Shown piece by piece: positions 9,004 to 18,644 of a stretch of 64,000 nucleotides of DNA. Numbering within the stretch: the first letter of the stretch is position 1; the number at the start of each line of letters is the position of its first letter. Below the pieces are notes generated by a model. That model saw only the letters and a list, made by a program, of their open reading frames with translations. It was not told the DNA's origin and searched no databases. This DNA comes from Methylococcaceae bacterium (GTDB lineage: Bacteria; Patescibacteriota; Microgenomatia; UBA1400; PJMF01): contig JBILVZ010000001.1 in assembly GCA_044370175.1 (NCBI GenBank), forward strand, positions 43,579 to 107,578. Reading direction: 5' to 3'. Position numbers and translations under genes: made by a program.

Positions 9004-9588
9004 TTACAACAAACTCATCTGAATTCCTGCATCTTTTTTCGGGGTAAAAGTAAAGTCCACAGGGCACTCAATCAACCGATTCCATTTATTGCGAAACTTC
9101 ACACTCCCCTTATTCAAACCATAGTCATACACATCACGGGTCACCGCTACGTCTTGCAGACAGTACTTTGCTAGAGCCTCCCAGTTCTTGGTCTGGTAGT
9201 ACTTGATAGCATCCAAACCATCACCCGTTTTTCCCACACCTAAAGTTTCTTTAGCCACCGCATCCAAACCTATGCGGTGCCCAATGCTTTTTTTTATACG
9301 CCCCATCACATCGAGGGTGGGGATCGCCGTAATATCACCTTTGTAGTAGGGCAGAAACGTCTGCATATCGAAGTCATCAATATTAAAACCAACCACTACA
9401 TCTGCTTTTTCAAGGAGCTGGAACAAGTCTGGTAAATCTTTTTCAAAGTACGAGCGCATCTCCCCTTTACCAGAGTATCCCTCTCGCACACAGACTCCCA
9501 CAAACGAGATACCCAAGCGATCTGGGAAAAAGCCGCCTGCTTCCTCAAACGTTTTTTTGGTTTCTACATCAAGAATAAGTTGCAACAT
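9004..9588 (-). CDS. RNase H-like fold 3'-5' exonuclease family protein (YprB/PolB-exo-like)
   Basis: 194 aa. Acidic motifs spaced like DEDD-type exonucleases (ILDVET.., ..GFNIDDFD.., ..YCLQDVAVTRDVY..). Confidence 0.55.
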   Translation of the reverse strand: MLQLILDVETKKTFEEAGGFFPDRLGISFVGVCVREGYSGKGEMRSYFEKDLPDLFQLLEKADVVVGFNIDDFDMQTFLPYYKGDITAIPTLDVMGRIKKSIGHRIGLDAVAKETLGVGKTGDGLDAIKYYQTKNWEALAKYCLQDVAVTRDVYDYGLNKGSVKFRNKWNRLIECPVDFTFTPKKDAGIQMSLL

Positions 9589-9604
9589 AGGAATCGTCTA
9601 TGGT

Positions 9605-10216
9605 TTAGCCAAGTGCCGCCACGTACTGGCGCTCTACTTCTGCCCAGTTCACAACACTCCAGAATGCACTAATGTATTCTGGACGACGATTTTGATACTT
9701 CAAATAATAGGCATGCTCCCAGACATCTAATCCTAGAATTGGTGTATCACCTTGCATCAGTGGTGAATCTTGATTTGGCAAAGAATAGATTGCCAATTTT
9801 TTGTCGGCAGTTACCACCAGCCAAGCCCAGCCAGAGCCAAAATGAGCTGTTGCAGTGGCAGTAAATTTTTCTTTGCATGCCTCAAAGTTACCAAAAGTTT
9901 GCGTGATCGCTTCCGCAGAACGTCCAATTGGACTGCTGTCTGCCTGTGGACCAATAACTGTCCAGAATAATGAGTGGTTGGCATGCCCTCCCCCATGATT
10001 GCGCACTGCACCTTTGACTGATTCTGGCAGACTAGCAAAGTCTTTTAAGAGATCTATAACAGTTTTTTGAGCTAATGCGGGGTGATCTTCAAGAGCAGTA
10101 TTGAGTTTGTCTACATAGGTTTGATGATGTTTCGTATGATGCAGCATCATTGTTTGCTCATCAATATATGGCTCAACTGCAGTGTATTCGTACGGTAGCT
10201 GAGGAAGTGTAAACAT
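9605..10216 (-). CDS. sodA: superoxide dismutase, Fe/Mn family
   Basis: Metal ligand regions ..[10 protein letters not shown].. and ..[19 protein letters not shown].. Start moved to the internal ATG at 10216 ([11 protein letters not shown]) because it is preceded by AAAGGA. The longer ORF to 10330 is probably an overcall. Confidence 0.9.
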   Translation of the reverse strand: MFTLPQLPYEYTAVEPYIDEQTMMLHHTKHHQTYVDKLNTALEDHPALAQKTVIDLLKDFASLPESVKGAVRNHGGGHANHSLFWTVIGPQADSSPIGRSAEAITQTFGNFEACKEKFTATATAHFGSGWAWLVVTADKKLAIYSLPNQDSPLMQGDTPILGLDVWEHAYYLKYQNRRPEYISAFWSVVNWAEVERQYVAALG

Positions 10217-10319
10217 AGATCCTTTCAAAAAATCTTTTATTAAAAATAGGCACTGGTAGCAATACCATACCAAAAAATTATCATTCGGCAATCCGCAAGT
10301 TACCCAAATCTGCCCAACA

Positions 10320-11231
10320 TCACCTAGCACTCTCTTGCGTTTGAGACTCAGTCACAATTCTCGACAACTCCACCACTCTATCACGACCAATAGTGCGTAC
10401 AAACTGTGAAAATTGTGCTTGATCAAAAGTGGGTAAACCTGTCTCAGGTTTTTCTGGCAAAAACTGTTCTAGTGCTAAAAAGCCACGTGCACCACTTTCC
10501 AAAGCGGTTCTCAATTGCTCTTTTGCTACTGGATACGGGGTGTTACGCAGTGAAACCACCCAAGGGACATCTAGTTCTGCTGTAATCGTGACAGCACCCA
10601 ACGCATTGAGTGGATACTCCAGTGCCATCAGAGAACACAGTGTTCGCAACTCCTGAACTGCTCCAAGTTGTAACTCTGGAAACTGTTGCTGATACTCATG
10701 TTCACTCCCCTCCATGTATACGAGCACTTCGAGGATTAAATCAATTCCTTGGTGTTGGCAGTAGTCGTACACCTCAGCTACCAACTGCTTTTTGGCAGCT
10801 GCTTCTCTCTCGGTAGGATTAAAAAACAACTCAAGTTTTGCAACACTATAGTTGTTGCGGATCGCTTCTACACCCCAGTTTTGAGATAAAATCGGCACTG
10901 AGAGTGGGTCTGTATCAAAGAGACGCCGCTCAAGTGGAAAATAAACGCCAATACTTTCAAATAGTTTGCCAACTTGGTCAAAACTAATCTCAGGCACAAC
11001 ACCCACACCTGAAACTGCTTGACTATATACTTGCAATAACTCCGCTACTGCTTGAGGAAGTTGGGTAGCTTGCCTCTGTATTTGGTTGTGATTCTCAGAC
11101 GGCATAGGACGGGAAAGTGTAAGTCCTGTTCTATCAGCAATAGCCACCAATTGGTCAGTGGCGAGTAGCGTAAATAAACCTTGCTCGGTTGCAAGAGATT
11201 TGAGGTTCATATAAGCAGTATACTTGAGCAA
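10320..11231 (-). CDS. hypothetical protein, possibly class I aldolase of the tagatose-bisphosphate aldolase (LacD/DUF2090)-like family
   Basis: 303 aa. N-terminal ..[24 protein letters not shown].. loosely resembles the LacD N-terminus (..GVISALAFDQRGAL..). Weak, by eye only. Confidence 0.35.
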   Translation of the reverse strand: MLKYTAYMNLKSLATEQGLFTLLATDQLVAIADRTGLTLSRPMPSENHNQIQRQATQLPQAVAELLQVYSQAVSGVGVVPEISFDQVGKLFESIGVYFPLERRLFDTDPLSVPILSQNWGVEAIRNNYSVAKLELFFNPTEREAAAKKQLVAEVYDYCQHQGIDLILEVLVYMEGSEHEYQQQFPELQLGAVQELRTLCSLMALEYPLNALGAVTITAELDVPWVVSLRNTPYPVAKEQLRTALESGARGFLALEQFLPEKPETGLPTFDQAQFSQFVRTIGRDRVVELSRIVTESQTQESAR

Positions 11232-11322
11232 TTTTTATCTGGGAAGATGAATTAGGTGATTTTAAATTTATTCAGGTGTACAATAGTGGATACTAATAGT
11301 ATTCAGTATTTGAAAAGGTTCT

Positions 11323-12918
11323 ATGACCACACCCGATAGCTCTGATGCACGCACCACGTCTGAAAGTCAAGCCAATGCTCAAATACCAGTGCATGCTCAG
11401 AGTGGACTGCCTCCTATTTCTGAGCTTTTTTCACAGTCATGGGGAAAGTTAAAATTAGGAATACTTAACGCCCTGCTACTAACGATCATATACCTGGTCG
11501 CTTTTATCCCAGTCATCTTAGTGGGTGGTGGGATCTTTGCTGGTTTAACTGCTGCAGTGATGCCACTTGGTGAGATTGCTAGTCTTATTGAAGCAGAAAG
11601 GTACATTGAGTTAGTAACAGCGCTTGGCCCTACACTGCTCATTGCGGGCGGTAGCTTTTTCATCTTTATGACCATTGTTGGTACAGTCTTGGTATCAGTA
11701 TACACGGGGGCAATGACATATGCATTTGCATGGGCTGAAAAAAAACCGTCTCTTGGAGAGGTTTTGCGTGCAGCATTTGGCAAAGTCGGTTGGCTCATTC
11801 TAGCAACTCTGCTTGTGGGGGCACTTACCTTTGGTAGTTTCTGGTTACTGTTCTTGCCTGCGTTACTTATCAGTATCTTTAGTGGATTTACACTTTTAGA
11901 AATACTCCTTGAAAATAAAAAACCGCTTGAGGCACTCCAGAATAGTATTAGTCTAACAGCCGCACATTTTTGGGGAATTGTGGGGAGATGGTTACTCTAT
12001 TTTGTTGGGTATATCATACTTTCCATGGTTTTCTCGGAGCTAGCGAGAGTCTCCAACGACTTGGTTAGTACCGTGTTTCGACTCGTTAACACTATCTTTT
12101 CTTACCTAAGCGGCTGGTTTGTGATGGCATTTATGGTTACCCTGTACATGCACGTCAAAGCTACCACACCTGCACCAGCTCCCAAAAAAGGGGTGTTTAC
12201 TACCTTTGTGGTGCTAGCTGTACTCGGCTGGCTTATCTTTGGTATAGGGTTAGTAGCGGCTATCAACCTTGTGCAAACCAACCTACCTCGCTGGTCTGAA
12301 ACTGCTGCACTGTCAAAAAGTATCAGTAAAACCTATAGCGACTCTGGAGCTGCTGCTAACATCGAAACGCTACCAGTCAAAACAAGCTGTGACTTTGAAC
12401 TTGGGATCCCGACAAACAGTGGTACAGATGAACGCTACTGGATTTATGAAGAACGCATGGTTGCTGCAAGTGCTTTTCGTGGCCTAGCACCAAATAAACA
12501 AACTGCCGCAGGTGTACAAGCAGGGTATCTTTCCTATAAAACAGATGAACAACGTCTGCCAAAAGATGGAGATGCTCCCTTTGACATTGGCTATCCTGGG
12601 CTGAGAATCTACTGTGTAGCGAATACTGAAAAGTTGACACTTGAGCGTTTTGTCGAACGGGCAACTGCTAGTACTGATTACACAATTACTACTAACGGAA
12701 GCAACCGTGCCTATGGTGATTTACTTGTACAACCAGTGACAATTGCAGGCTTAACTAATGGCGATTACTACAATGAACAAGGGTATATAGCTGTTACTCC
12801 AGGACCCACTTCTCAGTTAGTCTTAATCCAAACTGTCGGCACTGATGCAGATGATGCTGACATTGAAAAAATCTATATGCAATTAGAAGCTGCAGGCAAT
12901 ACCATCAAGAGCAACTAA
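11323..12918 (+). CDS. integral membrane protein with large C-terminal extracytoplasmic domain
   Basis: 531 aa. About 6-7 hydrophobic helices in residues 40-310, then a hydrophilic 220-aa C-terminal domain. No family recognised. Confidence 0.5.
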   Translation: MTTPDSSDARTTSESQANAQIPVHAQSGLPPISELFSQSWGKLKLGILNALLLTIIYLVAFIPVILVGGGIFAGLTAAVMPLGEIASLIEAERYIELVTALGPTLLIAGGSFFIFMTIVGTVLVSVYTGAMTYAFAWAEKKPSLGEVLRAAFGKVGWLILATLLVGALTFGSFWLLFLPALLISIFSGFTLLEILLENKKPLEALQNSISLTAAHFWGIVGRWLLYFVGYIILSMVFSELARVSNDLVSTVFRLVNTIFSYLSGWFVMAFMVTLYMHVKATTPAPAPKKGVFTTFVVLAVLGWLIFGIGLVAAINLVQTNLPRWSETAALSKSISKTYSDSGAAANIETLPVKTSCDFELGIPTNSGTDERYWIYEERMVAASAFRGLAPNKQTAAGVQAGYLSYKTDEQRLPKDGDAPFDIGYPGLRIYCVANTEKLTLERFVERATASTDYTITTNGSNRAYGDLLVQPVTIAGLTNGDYYNEQGYIAVTPGPTSQLVLIQTVGTDADDADIEKIYMQLEAAGNTIKSN

Positions 12919-12976
12919 TTTTTGACTTGATTCGGTTATTGGTCTGGGTTGCACTCTTATAGTTCGTACCTACATG

Positions 12977-13010
12977 AAAAAGGCTCTGGTTTCCCAGAGC
13001 CTTTTCTTAT
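12977..13010. terminator. bidirectional rho-independent terminator between convergent genes
   Basis: GAAAAA-GGCTCTGG-tttc-CCAGAGCC-TTTTCTTATT. A perfect 8-bp GC-rich stem flanked by an A-tract and a T-tract, sitting between the plus-strand membrane protein gene and minus-strand pnp. Confidence 0.55.
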
Positions 13011-13026
13011 TGCTAGTTAGGGACTA

Positions 13027-15327
13027 TTAGTCACGTCTCCCACCTCGGTCACCACGGTACCCTCCGCGATCGCCGCCATAACCTCCTCGGTCTCCACCGC
13101 GTCCACCGCGGAAGCCGCCACGATCACCACCTCGGTCACCACCACGGAATGGGGCGCGCGCTGGTCGGTTGGCACGAGCTTCTGCCTCTTGCTCTGCACT
13201 GAGCATGGAAAGACCAATTTTGCCATCGTCTTTGATTTCACTCAAACGGACATGTACTGCGTCACCGACTTGCACCATTGCTGCTGCATCTTGGACAAAC
13301 TCAGTAGACATATTAGAAACGTGCACCAAGCCTTCACGACCAGGAAGGTACTCGACAAAAGCACCATATGCTTCAACACGAGTGACAACTCCATCAAATT
13401 CTTCACCAATTTCTACGGTGCGGAACATATTGGAGACAGCCATTTTCGCGGCACTGATTTTCTCTTGGTCTGAAGAAGAAATGGTGACAACACCATGCAG
13501 TTTTGCAGCATCTTCATCAACGTCAATTTGTGCTCCATAGCGCTCAATTAAACCTTTGATGTTTTTGCCACCGGGCCCAATTAGTTCACCAATTTTATCA
13601 AATGGGATCATCACTTGCTCGATCTTTGGTGCGTATGCAGAAAGTTCAGTGCGAGGCGCTGGAATTGCAGCAAGCATCTTTTCTAAGATATGTAGACGAC
13701 CAACTTTTGCTTGATCGAGTGCTTGTTCAAGCACTGTGCGTGGCACACCTTTGAGTTTGATGTCCATCTGGATTGCAGTGATACCTTCAGTGGTACCAGC
13801 CACCTTGAAGTCCATATCACCGATGTGATCTTCAAGACCTTGAATGTCTGAAAGCACCACATACTCTTTGCCATCACTCATCAATCCCATGGCAATACCT
13901 GCCACAGGGCGTTTGATTGGGACACCAGCAGCCATGAGAGACATGGTTGATCCACAGACAGAAGCCTGTGAAGTAGAACCATTGGAACTCATGATTTCAG
14001 AGACAACATGAATAGCATAGGGGAATTCCTCTTGAGAAGGGATCATGGGTAGCAGGGCGCGTTCAGCTAAAGCACCATGTCCAATTTCTCGGCGCTTTGG
14101 CATTCCAAAACGACCAGCTTCACCAGAAGCGTATGGAGGCATGTTGTAGTGATGCATGTAGTGACGCACTTCTTCACCCTCAATACTTTCAATCAGTTGC
14201 CCTAAACTTGGAGCACCGAGTGTCGTAATGGTGACAGCTTGTGTAGCACCACGTTTAAACATTGCACTACCGTGAGTGCGTGGAAAAACATCAACTTCAC
14301 ACCAGATCTGGCGGATTTCGTCGGTCTTGCGTCCATCGGGACGTTGCTTATCGTTAATAATCATTTCGCGACCGACCTTTTTGGTCAGTGAATGAAAAGC
14401 TGCTGAGACTTCACTCTCAGTCAGTTTGGCAGCTTCGTCATCGACACCTTCGTTAAACTTTTCAGTGATCTGTTTGACGAGTTCTCCAGCGCCACTTTCT
14501 TCCAAACGACCTTCTTTTTCCACAACTTCGCGCAGTTCTGTTGCGTAACTTTCAAGGATACGTTGTTTGAGAGCAGCTGATTTACTTTCTGCTTCTGCAT
14601 CAAGTTCTACCAAAGTTTTTTTAGGTTTACCAATCTCAGTAACCATTGTGTTGATATCAGCACAGATACCTGCAAAAATTTCTTGCGCTTTCGTCAGGGC
14701 TTCCACCATTGTGGCTTCAGATACTTCATTGGCACCTGCTTCAACCATGACAATGGTGTCACCAGTACCAGATACGATTAAGTCCATATCTGCTGCTTTT
14801 TGCTCTGAAACGGTTGGATTGATGACAAATTGATTGGTAGCCTTTTGGTACCCCATGCGCATACCTGCGATCGGCCCATCAAATGGGATATCAGAGATTG
14901 CTAAACCAATTGCTCCACCAAGGAGGGCAAGCATATCTGGTTCGTTTTCGCCATCATAGGAAAAAACGGTAGAGATCAATTGAACTTCATTGGTGATGCC
15001 ATCAGGGAACATTGGACGAAGTGAGCGGTCTACGACACGACCTTTCAGGATAGCGTCATCACTTGGTCTGCCATCACGTTTGACCCAGCGAGAACCTTTA
15101 ATGATACCGCCTGCAAACAGTTTCTCAGCATACTCCACCGAAAGTGGAAAGTAGCCTAAGTTCACTTTACGACCTAAAGCGACGGTGGTGTGTACCACAG
15201 TGTCACCAGAACGAGTGATGACTGCTGCAGAGACTTGTTCGGTAAACTTACCAACCTCTACAGACACAATCTTGTCACCGACCTTGATGTCTTTTTTATA
15301 CGTATTCGGGTACAGAGGATATGACAT
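13027..15327 (-). CDS. pnp: polynucleotide phosphorylase (PNPase) with C-terminal Arg-Gly-rich tail
   Basis: Two RNase PH domains, KH and S1 domains (..FDGVVTRVEAYGAFVEY..). Start set at the ATG at 15327 (MSYPLYP..), which follows AAGGAG with 6-nt spacing. The last 40 aa are RGGDRGGDRGGFRGGRGGDRGGYGGDRGGYRGDRGGRRD. Confidence 0.9.
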   Translation of the reverse strand: MSYPLYPNTYKKDIKVGDKIVSVEVGKFTEQVSAAVITRSGDTVVHTTVALGRKVNLGYFPLSVEYAEKLFAGGIIKGSRWVKRDGRPSDDAILKGRVVDRSLRPMFPDGITNEVQLISTVFSYDGENEPDMLALLGGAIGLAISDIPFDGPIAGMRMGYQKATNQFVINPTVSEQKAADMDLIVSGTGDTIVMVEAGANEVSEATMVEALTKAQEIFAGICADINTMVTEIGKPKKTLVELDAEAESKSAALKQRILESYATELREVVEKEGRLEESGAGELVKQITEKFNEGVDDEAAKLTESEVSAAFHSLTKKVGREMIINDKQRPDGRKTDEIRQIWCEVDVFPRTHGSAMFKRGATQAVTITTLGAPSLGQLIESIEGEEVRHYMHHYNMPPYASGEAGRFGMPKRREIGHGALAERALLPMIPSQEEFPYAIHVVSEIMSSNGSTSQASVCGSTMSLMAAGVPIKRPVAGIAMGLMSDGKEYVVLSDIQGLEDHIGDMDFKVAGTTEGITAIQMDIKLKGVPRTVLEQALDQAKVGRLHILEKMLAAIPAPRTELSAYAPKIEQVMIPFDKIGELIGPGGKNIKGLIERYGAQIDVDEDAAKLHGVVTISSSDQEKISAAKMAVSNMFRTVEIGEEFDGVVTRVEAYGAFVEYLPGREGLVHVSNMSTEFVQDAAAMVQVGDAVHVRLSEIKDDGKIGLSMLSAEQEAEARANRPARAPFRGGDRGGDRGGFRGGRGGDRGGYGGDRGGYRGDRGGRRD

Positions 15328-15461
15328 ATCCATCTCCTTTAAGTTATTTGGGAAAAGTGTTTGAGTATTCTGGAGAAAAGACACTGTCATGCTGATGTAT
15401 ATCAGTCAGTATCATCTCTCTCGAATCCTCTTCAACGCACTTTTCCATTAGTACTAAGACT

Positions 15462-16274
15462 CTATTGTACCACAGGAATCAGGCCATTTTCTCGAGTGAT
15501 GCTAAATGCATCACTTCCTATCGCCTGGACTTCATATATATTTCCCCATCCACCCCATAGTTCGTCAGGGTCATCGTACTGAACTCGTAGCCCCCTTGTT
15601 ATGACTGGGGAAAATGACAGTATATGCCCGAGCATCATGGTCTTTTTTGTTAAAGTATGAGCCCCAAGCAGTTGCCAACTCCCAGAGCTTTCTTCATAAA
15701 CCCAAAAACTCATGTTTATTTCATCATCATACCCTGCTTTTGAATCCCAGTCTGCTCTGTAGCGGATCTGAGAAAGTTTGATTGGTTTATCAAAAGAATA
15801 TGTTATATAGGAAAAATATGGCGAATCATCGCTTGTGGTTCGCCAGTTTGTAGTCCAATTAGCATCAATAGTGTTTTTTGGAACATATATATCTTGATAA
15901 TCGTTATAAACAACTTGACCTCGGCTTGCAAGTATTTGTGAAAGTGGTGAGATATTTTTGAGACCTTCCGGAATCTTTGGAACTGCTATGGTGGGATTAA
16001 ATGAAGTTATACGAAACTTTGTAATTGGCATAAAGTTACGCGCAATAGGAATAAAAGAATCTTGATAATCAGAGGGTTTTTTGTCTATCTGTGGTGTTGC
16101 AAGTGGAGATGAAGCTCGTATTGGCTCTCGAAGTGCAACAGTATTATTTTGACTATCAGGAACTTGCCAGAATTTAAACACGGCAATAAGCACCAAAAAT
16201 CCTATAAGAAAAATTACTGCGTCCTCCACTAGCGATTCTTCACTAGAATTTGATGACAAATTTTGCGAAACCAT
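15462..16274 (-). CDS. membrane-anchored hypothetical protein (possible discoidin/F5-8 type C-like beta-sandwich)
   Basis: 270 aa. N-terminal TM helix (AVIFLIGFLVLIAVFKFW), then an extracytoplasmic domain rich in W/Y/N/D (..ANWTTNWRTTSDDSPYFSYITY..WGGWGNIYEVQAIG..). AT-rich. Inserted between rpsO and pnp. Confidence 0.4.
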   Translation of the reverse strand: MVSQNLSSNSSEESLVEDAVIFLIGFLVLIAVFKFWQVPDSQNNTVALREPIRASSPLATPQIDKKPSDYQDSFIPIARNFMPITKFRITSFNPTIAVPKIPEGLKNISPLSQILASRGQVVYNDYQDIYVPKNTIDANWTTNWRTTSDDSPYFSYITYSFDKPIKLSQIRYRADWDSKAGYDDEINMSFWVYEESSGSWQLLGAHTLTKKTMMLGHILSFSPVITRGLRVQYDDPDELWGGWGNIYEVQAIGSDAFSITRENGLIPVVQ

Positions 16275-16302
16275 ATGCTACTTAGCATAGCATATTGGGA
16301 AA

Positions 16303-16572
16303 TTACTTACTCAGACCCAAACGATCGATAAGTTTGCGGTAGCGCTCTTCACTGCGCTCGAGCAAGAAGTTGAGTAAGCGACGACGCTTAGCAACTTGTT
16401 TTAACAGACCACGACGTGAGTGGTCATCTTTTTTGTGTTGTTGGAGGTGGGCGGTCAACTCTTGGATAGACGCTGTTAACAAAGCGATCTGAACCTCTGG
16501 AGAGCCAGTATCACCCTCAAATAATTGATAGTCTGTGATGATTTGGGTTTTTTGAACTTTAGTTAATGCCAT
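16303..16572 (-). CDS. rpsO: 30S ribosomal protein S15
   Basis: [39 protein letters not shown].. Start at 16572 follows AAAGGA. The longer ORF to 16623 is an overcall. Confidence 0.9.
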   Translation of the reverse strand: MALTKVQKTQIITDYQLFEGDTGSPEVQIALLTASIQELTAHLQQHKKDDHSRRGLLKQVAKRRRLLNFLLERSEERYRKLIDRLGLSK

Positions 16573-16675
16573 GGTATTCCTTTCAAAGCCGATGTCTCGT
16601 GAAGTCAAACCCTTGACTAACAAGCATCGTAACCAGTTAAATATAACTTTATTATATCATACTACTTAAAATGTT

Positions 16676-18481
16676 TTACTTAAGATGAGTATTGCGCAAT
16701 CGCGCTTTAATGGCTTGCATTTCTATTGTGCTAATTTTTTTGCATGTATCAATATACGTAACCCCATATTGATACAAATCAAAGACATACGCCTGTTGAG
16801 TAGCCCCACTTGCTGAAAGAATCACTTTTTGAGGTTTAAAAGGCTTTGTTGCAGTTACATTGGTAACCAATAGTGCTTGTTGATTACTTGCCACAACTTC
16901 ACATGCGAGTTCATCCATATTCTTTTTAGAAATAATTATTTTATTTAGCTGTTTCGTATGCTGGAAACCACTTGGTTCAAGCTCATCAAGTATTGCTTCA
17001 TTTTGGTATTTTTTTGGATCATATTTATTAAAAAATGCGTAATACATTATGGGATCAGAGAAAAATGGTTGAATGTATATATAATGTGATGATTCATACC
17101 TCTGAAGATATGGCATAAGGGTATGTAAGTATGCATAGTAAAGATAATCATTCTTGTCAGAATGCACATACTGATAGTCCATGTAGAACTGTAGTGAATT
17201 AAATGTATATAACACAGTGATGCCAAGACAAATTCCCGTAAATAGCATATATTTTATTTTGTCATTTTGCGTAAAAAGACCTAAAAAGCTTTTGAATAAG
17301 GGTTTAAACAACTGAAAACCGATCGCAATACACATAACAAAGAATGGCAGGGCTACAGATAGTCTGACTCGTTGTGGGGCCCCCATTAAAGTGGAAGGAA
17401 GCACTGCGACTAAAATACCCAAGAGTATAAGTAATCTATGCTTATTCGATATATCTAGACCCAAATTTGGAACTCCAAAAAGAACATACACTATACCAAG
17501 TATAAAAAAGGGATATAAAACATATGAGAATGCTCCAAAACCTGAGACTGTCAGGTATGGTACATCAGTTTCTCCGTTTGTGGCCAAAAATTCTGCCGAA
17601 TAATTTTTAATGAAATGTCCAATTAGCTGATTACTAGCCGTAATTGGTTTATTCCAAAATATATCACACACATATCGAGGCATATGCCAGCTACAAAATG
17701 TACGATTTTCATTGATTCTCATCACAACACCTTGATCACTCAAAATCCCAGCTTGACTAAAACGCATGGTATTTACTGCGATGCTGTTAGGTAATAGAAA
17801 TGGCAGAATTGTTACAAAATAGGCTCCAAAAACTAAGACTATTGATTTTACATACAAATTCTCATGGAAATGTAGATAAACCAAGTATGCAAGTAAGATG
17901 ACAAATGTGACTGGTCGATATGCTATGTAGGCATACCAAGTTAATCCAATCACACATCCTGTTAGGAGTTTGTGCCACAACGTACTCTTTTCTTTCAAAC
18001 TCGTTAGGAAGCAAAGACCACCCATCCAGAAAAACAATCCGAGGTTAGACTCGAATCCAAATCTGCTCAAGATAAATGTCCAGGGACTAAATGCTACAAC
18101 AATTGCAGCTAGTAACCTTATACGTCGAGATAAACCTAAGTTTTTCGCTAAGACATAGGTTAGTGCGATGCTAGCTGTTCCAACTAACACTGATGGGAGC
18201 CTGACTACATATAATGATAGATCAAGCAACTTTATAAACGGTATCAGTAAATATCCGTATGCAGGCAATTTATAATCACCGAATGCTTTAAAAATGAGTG
18301 GCCATTGATTTCCATGTTCATCCGCTCCAGTTTGGAGAAGTGAATATGCAATATATCCAAAGTTCATCTCATCAACAAGTGCACCAATAGGTGCTTGATC
18401 TAATCTGTATAGCCGCAGCAATAGTCCCGCGACAACAATCAGAAAGAGCACAAACACAGAAATGTTTCTATATAATTTCAT
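16676..18481 (-). CDS. GT39/GT83-type (PMT/ArnT-like) polyprenyl-phosphate-sugar-dependent membrane glycosyltransferase
   Basis: 601 aa with more than 10 predicted TM helices. N-terminal loop motif ..LVDEMNFGYIAYSL..GADEHGNQWPLIF..DYKLPAYGYL.. is typical of the PMT_2/ArnT fold. Paralog of the gene at 26264..28096. Confidence 0.65.
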   Translation of the reverse strand: MKLYRNISVFVLFLIVVAGLLLRLYRLDQAPIGALVDEMNFGYIAYSLLQTGADEHGNQWPLIFKAFGDYKLPAYGYLLIPFIKLLDLSLYVVRLPSVLVGTASIALTYVLAKNLGLSRRIRLLAAIVVAFSPWTFILSRFGFESNLGLFFWMGGLCFLTSLKEKSTLWHKLLTGCVIGLTWYAYIAYRPVTFVILLAYLVYLHFHENLYVKSIVLVFGAYFVTILPFLLPNSIAVNTMRFSQAGILSDQGVVMRINENRTFCSWHMPRYVCDIFWNKPITASNQLIGHFIKNYSAEFLATNGETDVPYLTVSGFGAFSYVLYPFFILGIVYVLFGVPNLGLDISNKHRLLILLGILVAVLPSTLMGAPQRVRLSVALPFFVMCIAIGFQLFKPLFKSFLGLFTQNDKIKYMLFTGICLGITVLYTFNSLQFYMDYQYVHSDKNDYLYYAYLHTLMPYLQRYESSHYIYIQPFFSDPIMYYAFFNKYDPKKYQNEAILDELEPSGFQHTKQLNKIIISKKNMDELACEVVASNQQALLVTNVTATKPFKPQKVILSASGATQQAYVFDLYQYGVTYIDTCKKISTIEMQAIKARLRNTHLK

Positions 18482-18644
18482 ATACTCTGCATCTATGAAA
18501 ATAAATATCGTTGTATTTTGATATCTATAATTTGCTTCAGCAACGATGGAATTACAATTCTATTCGGCAGCGATTCAAAATAATAGTAGTAAATATACTA
18601 CGTACTGCCGTCCTAGTTTCCAAGATAAAGATGCAAAATTGGTC

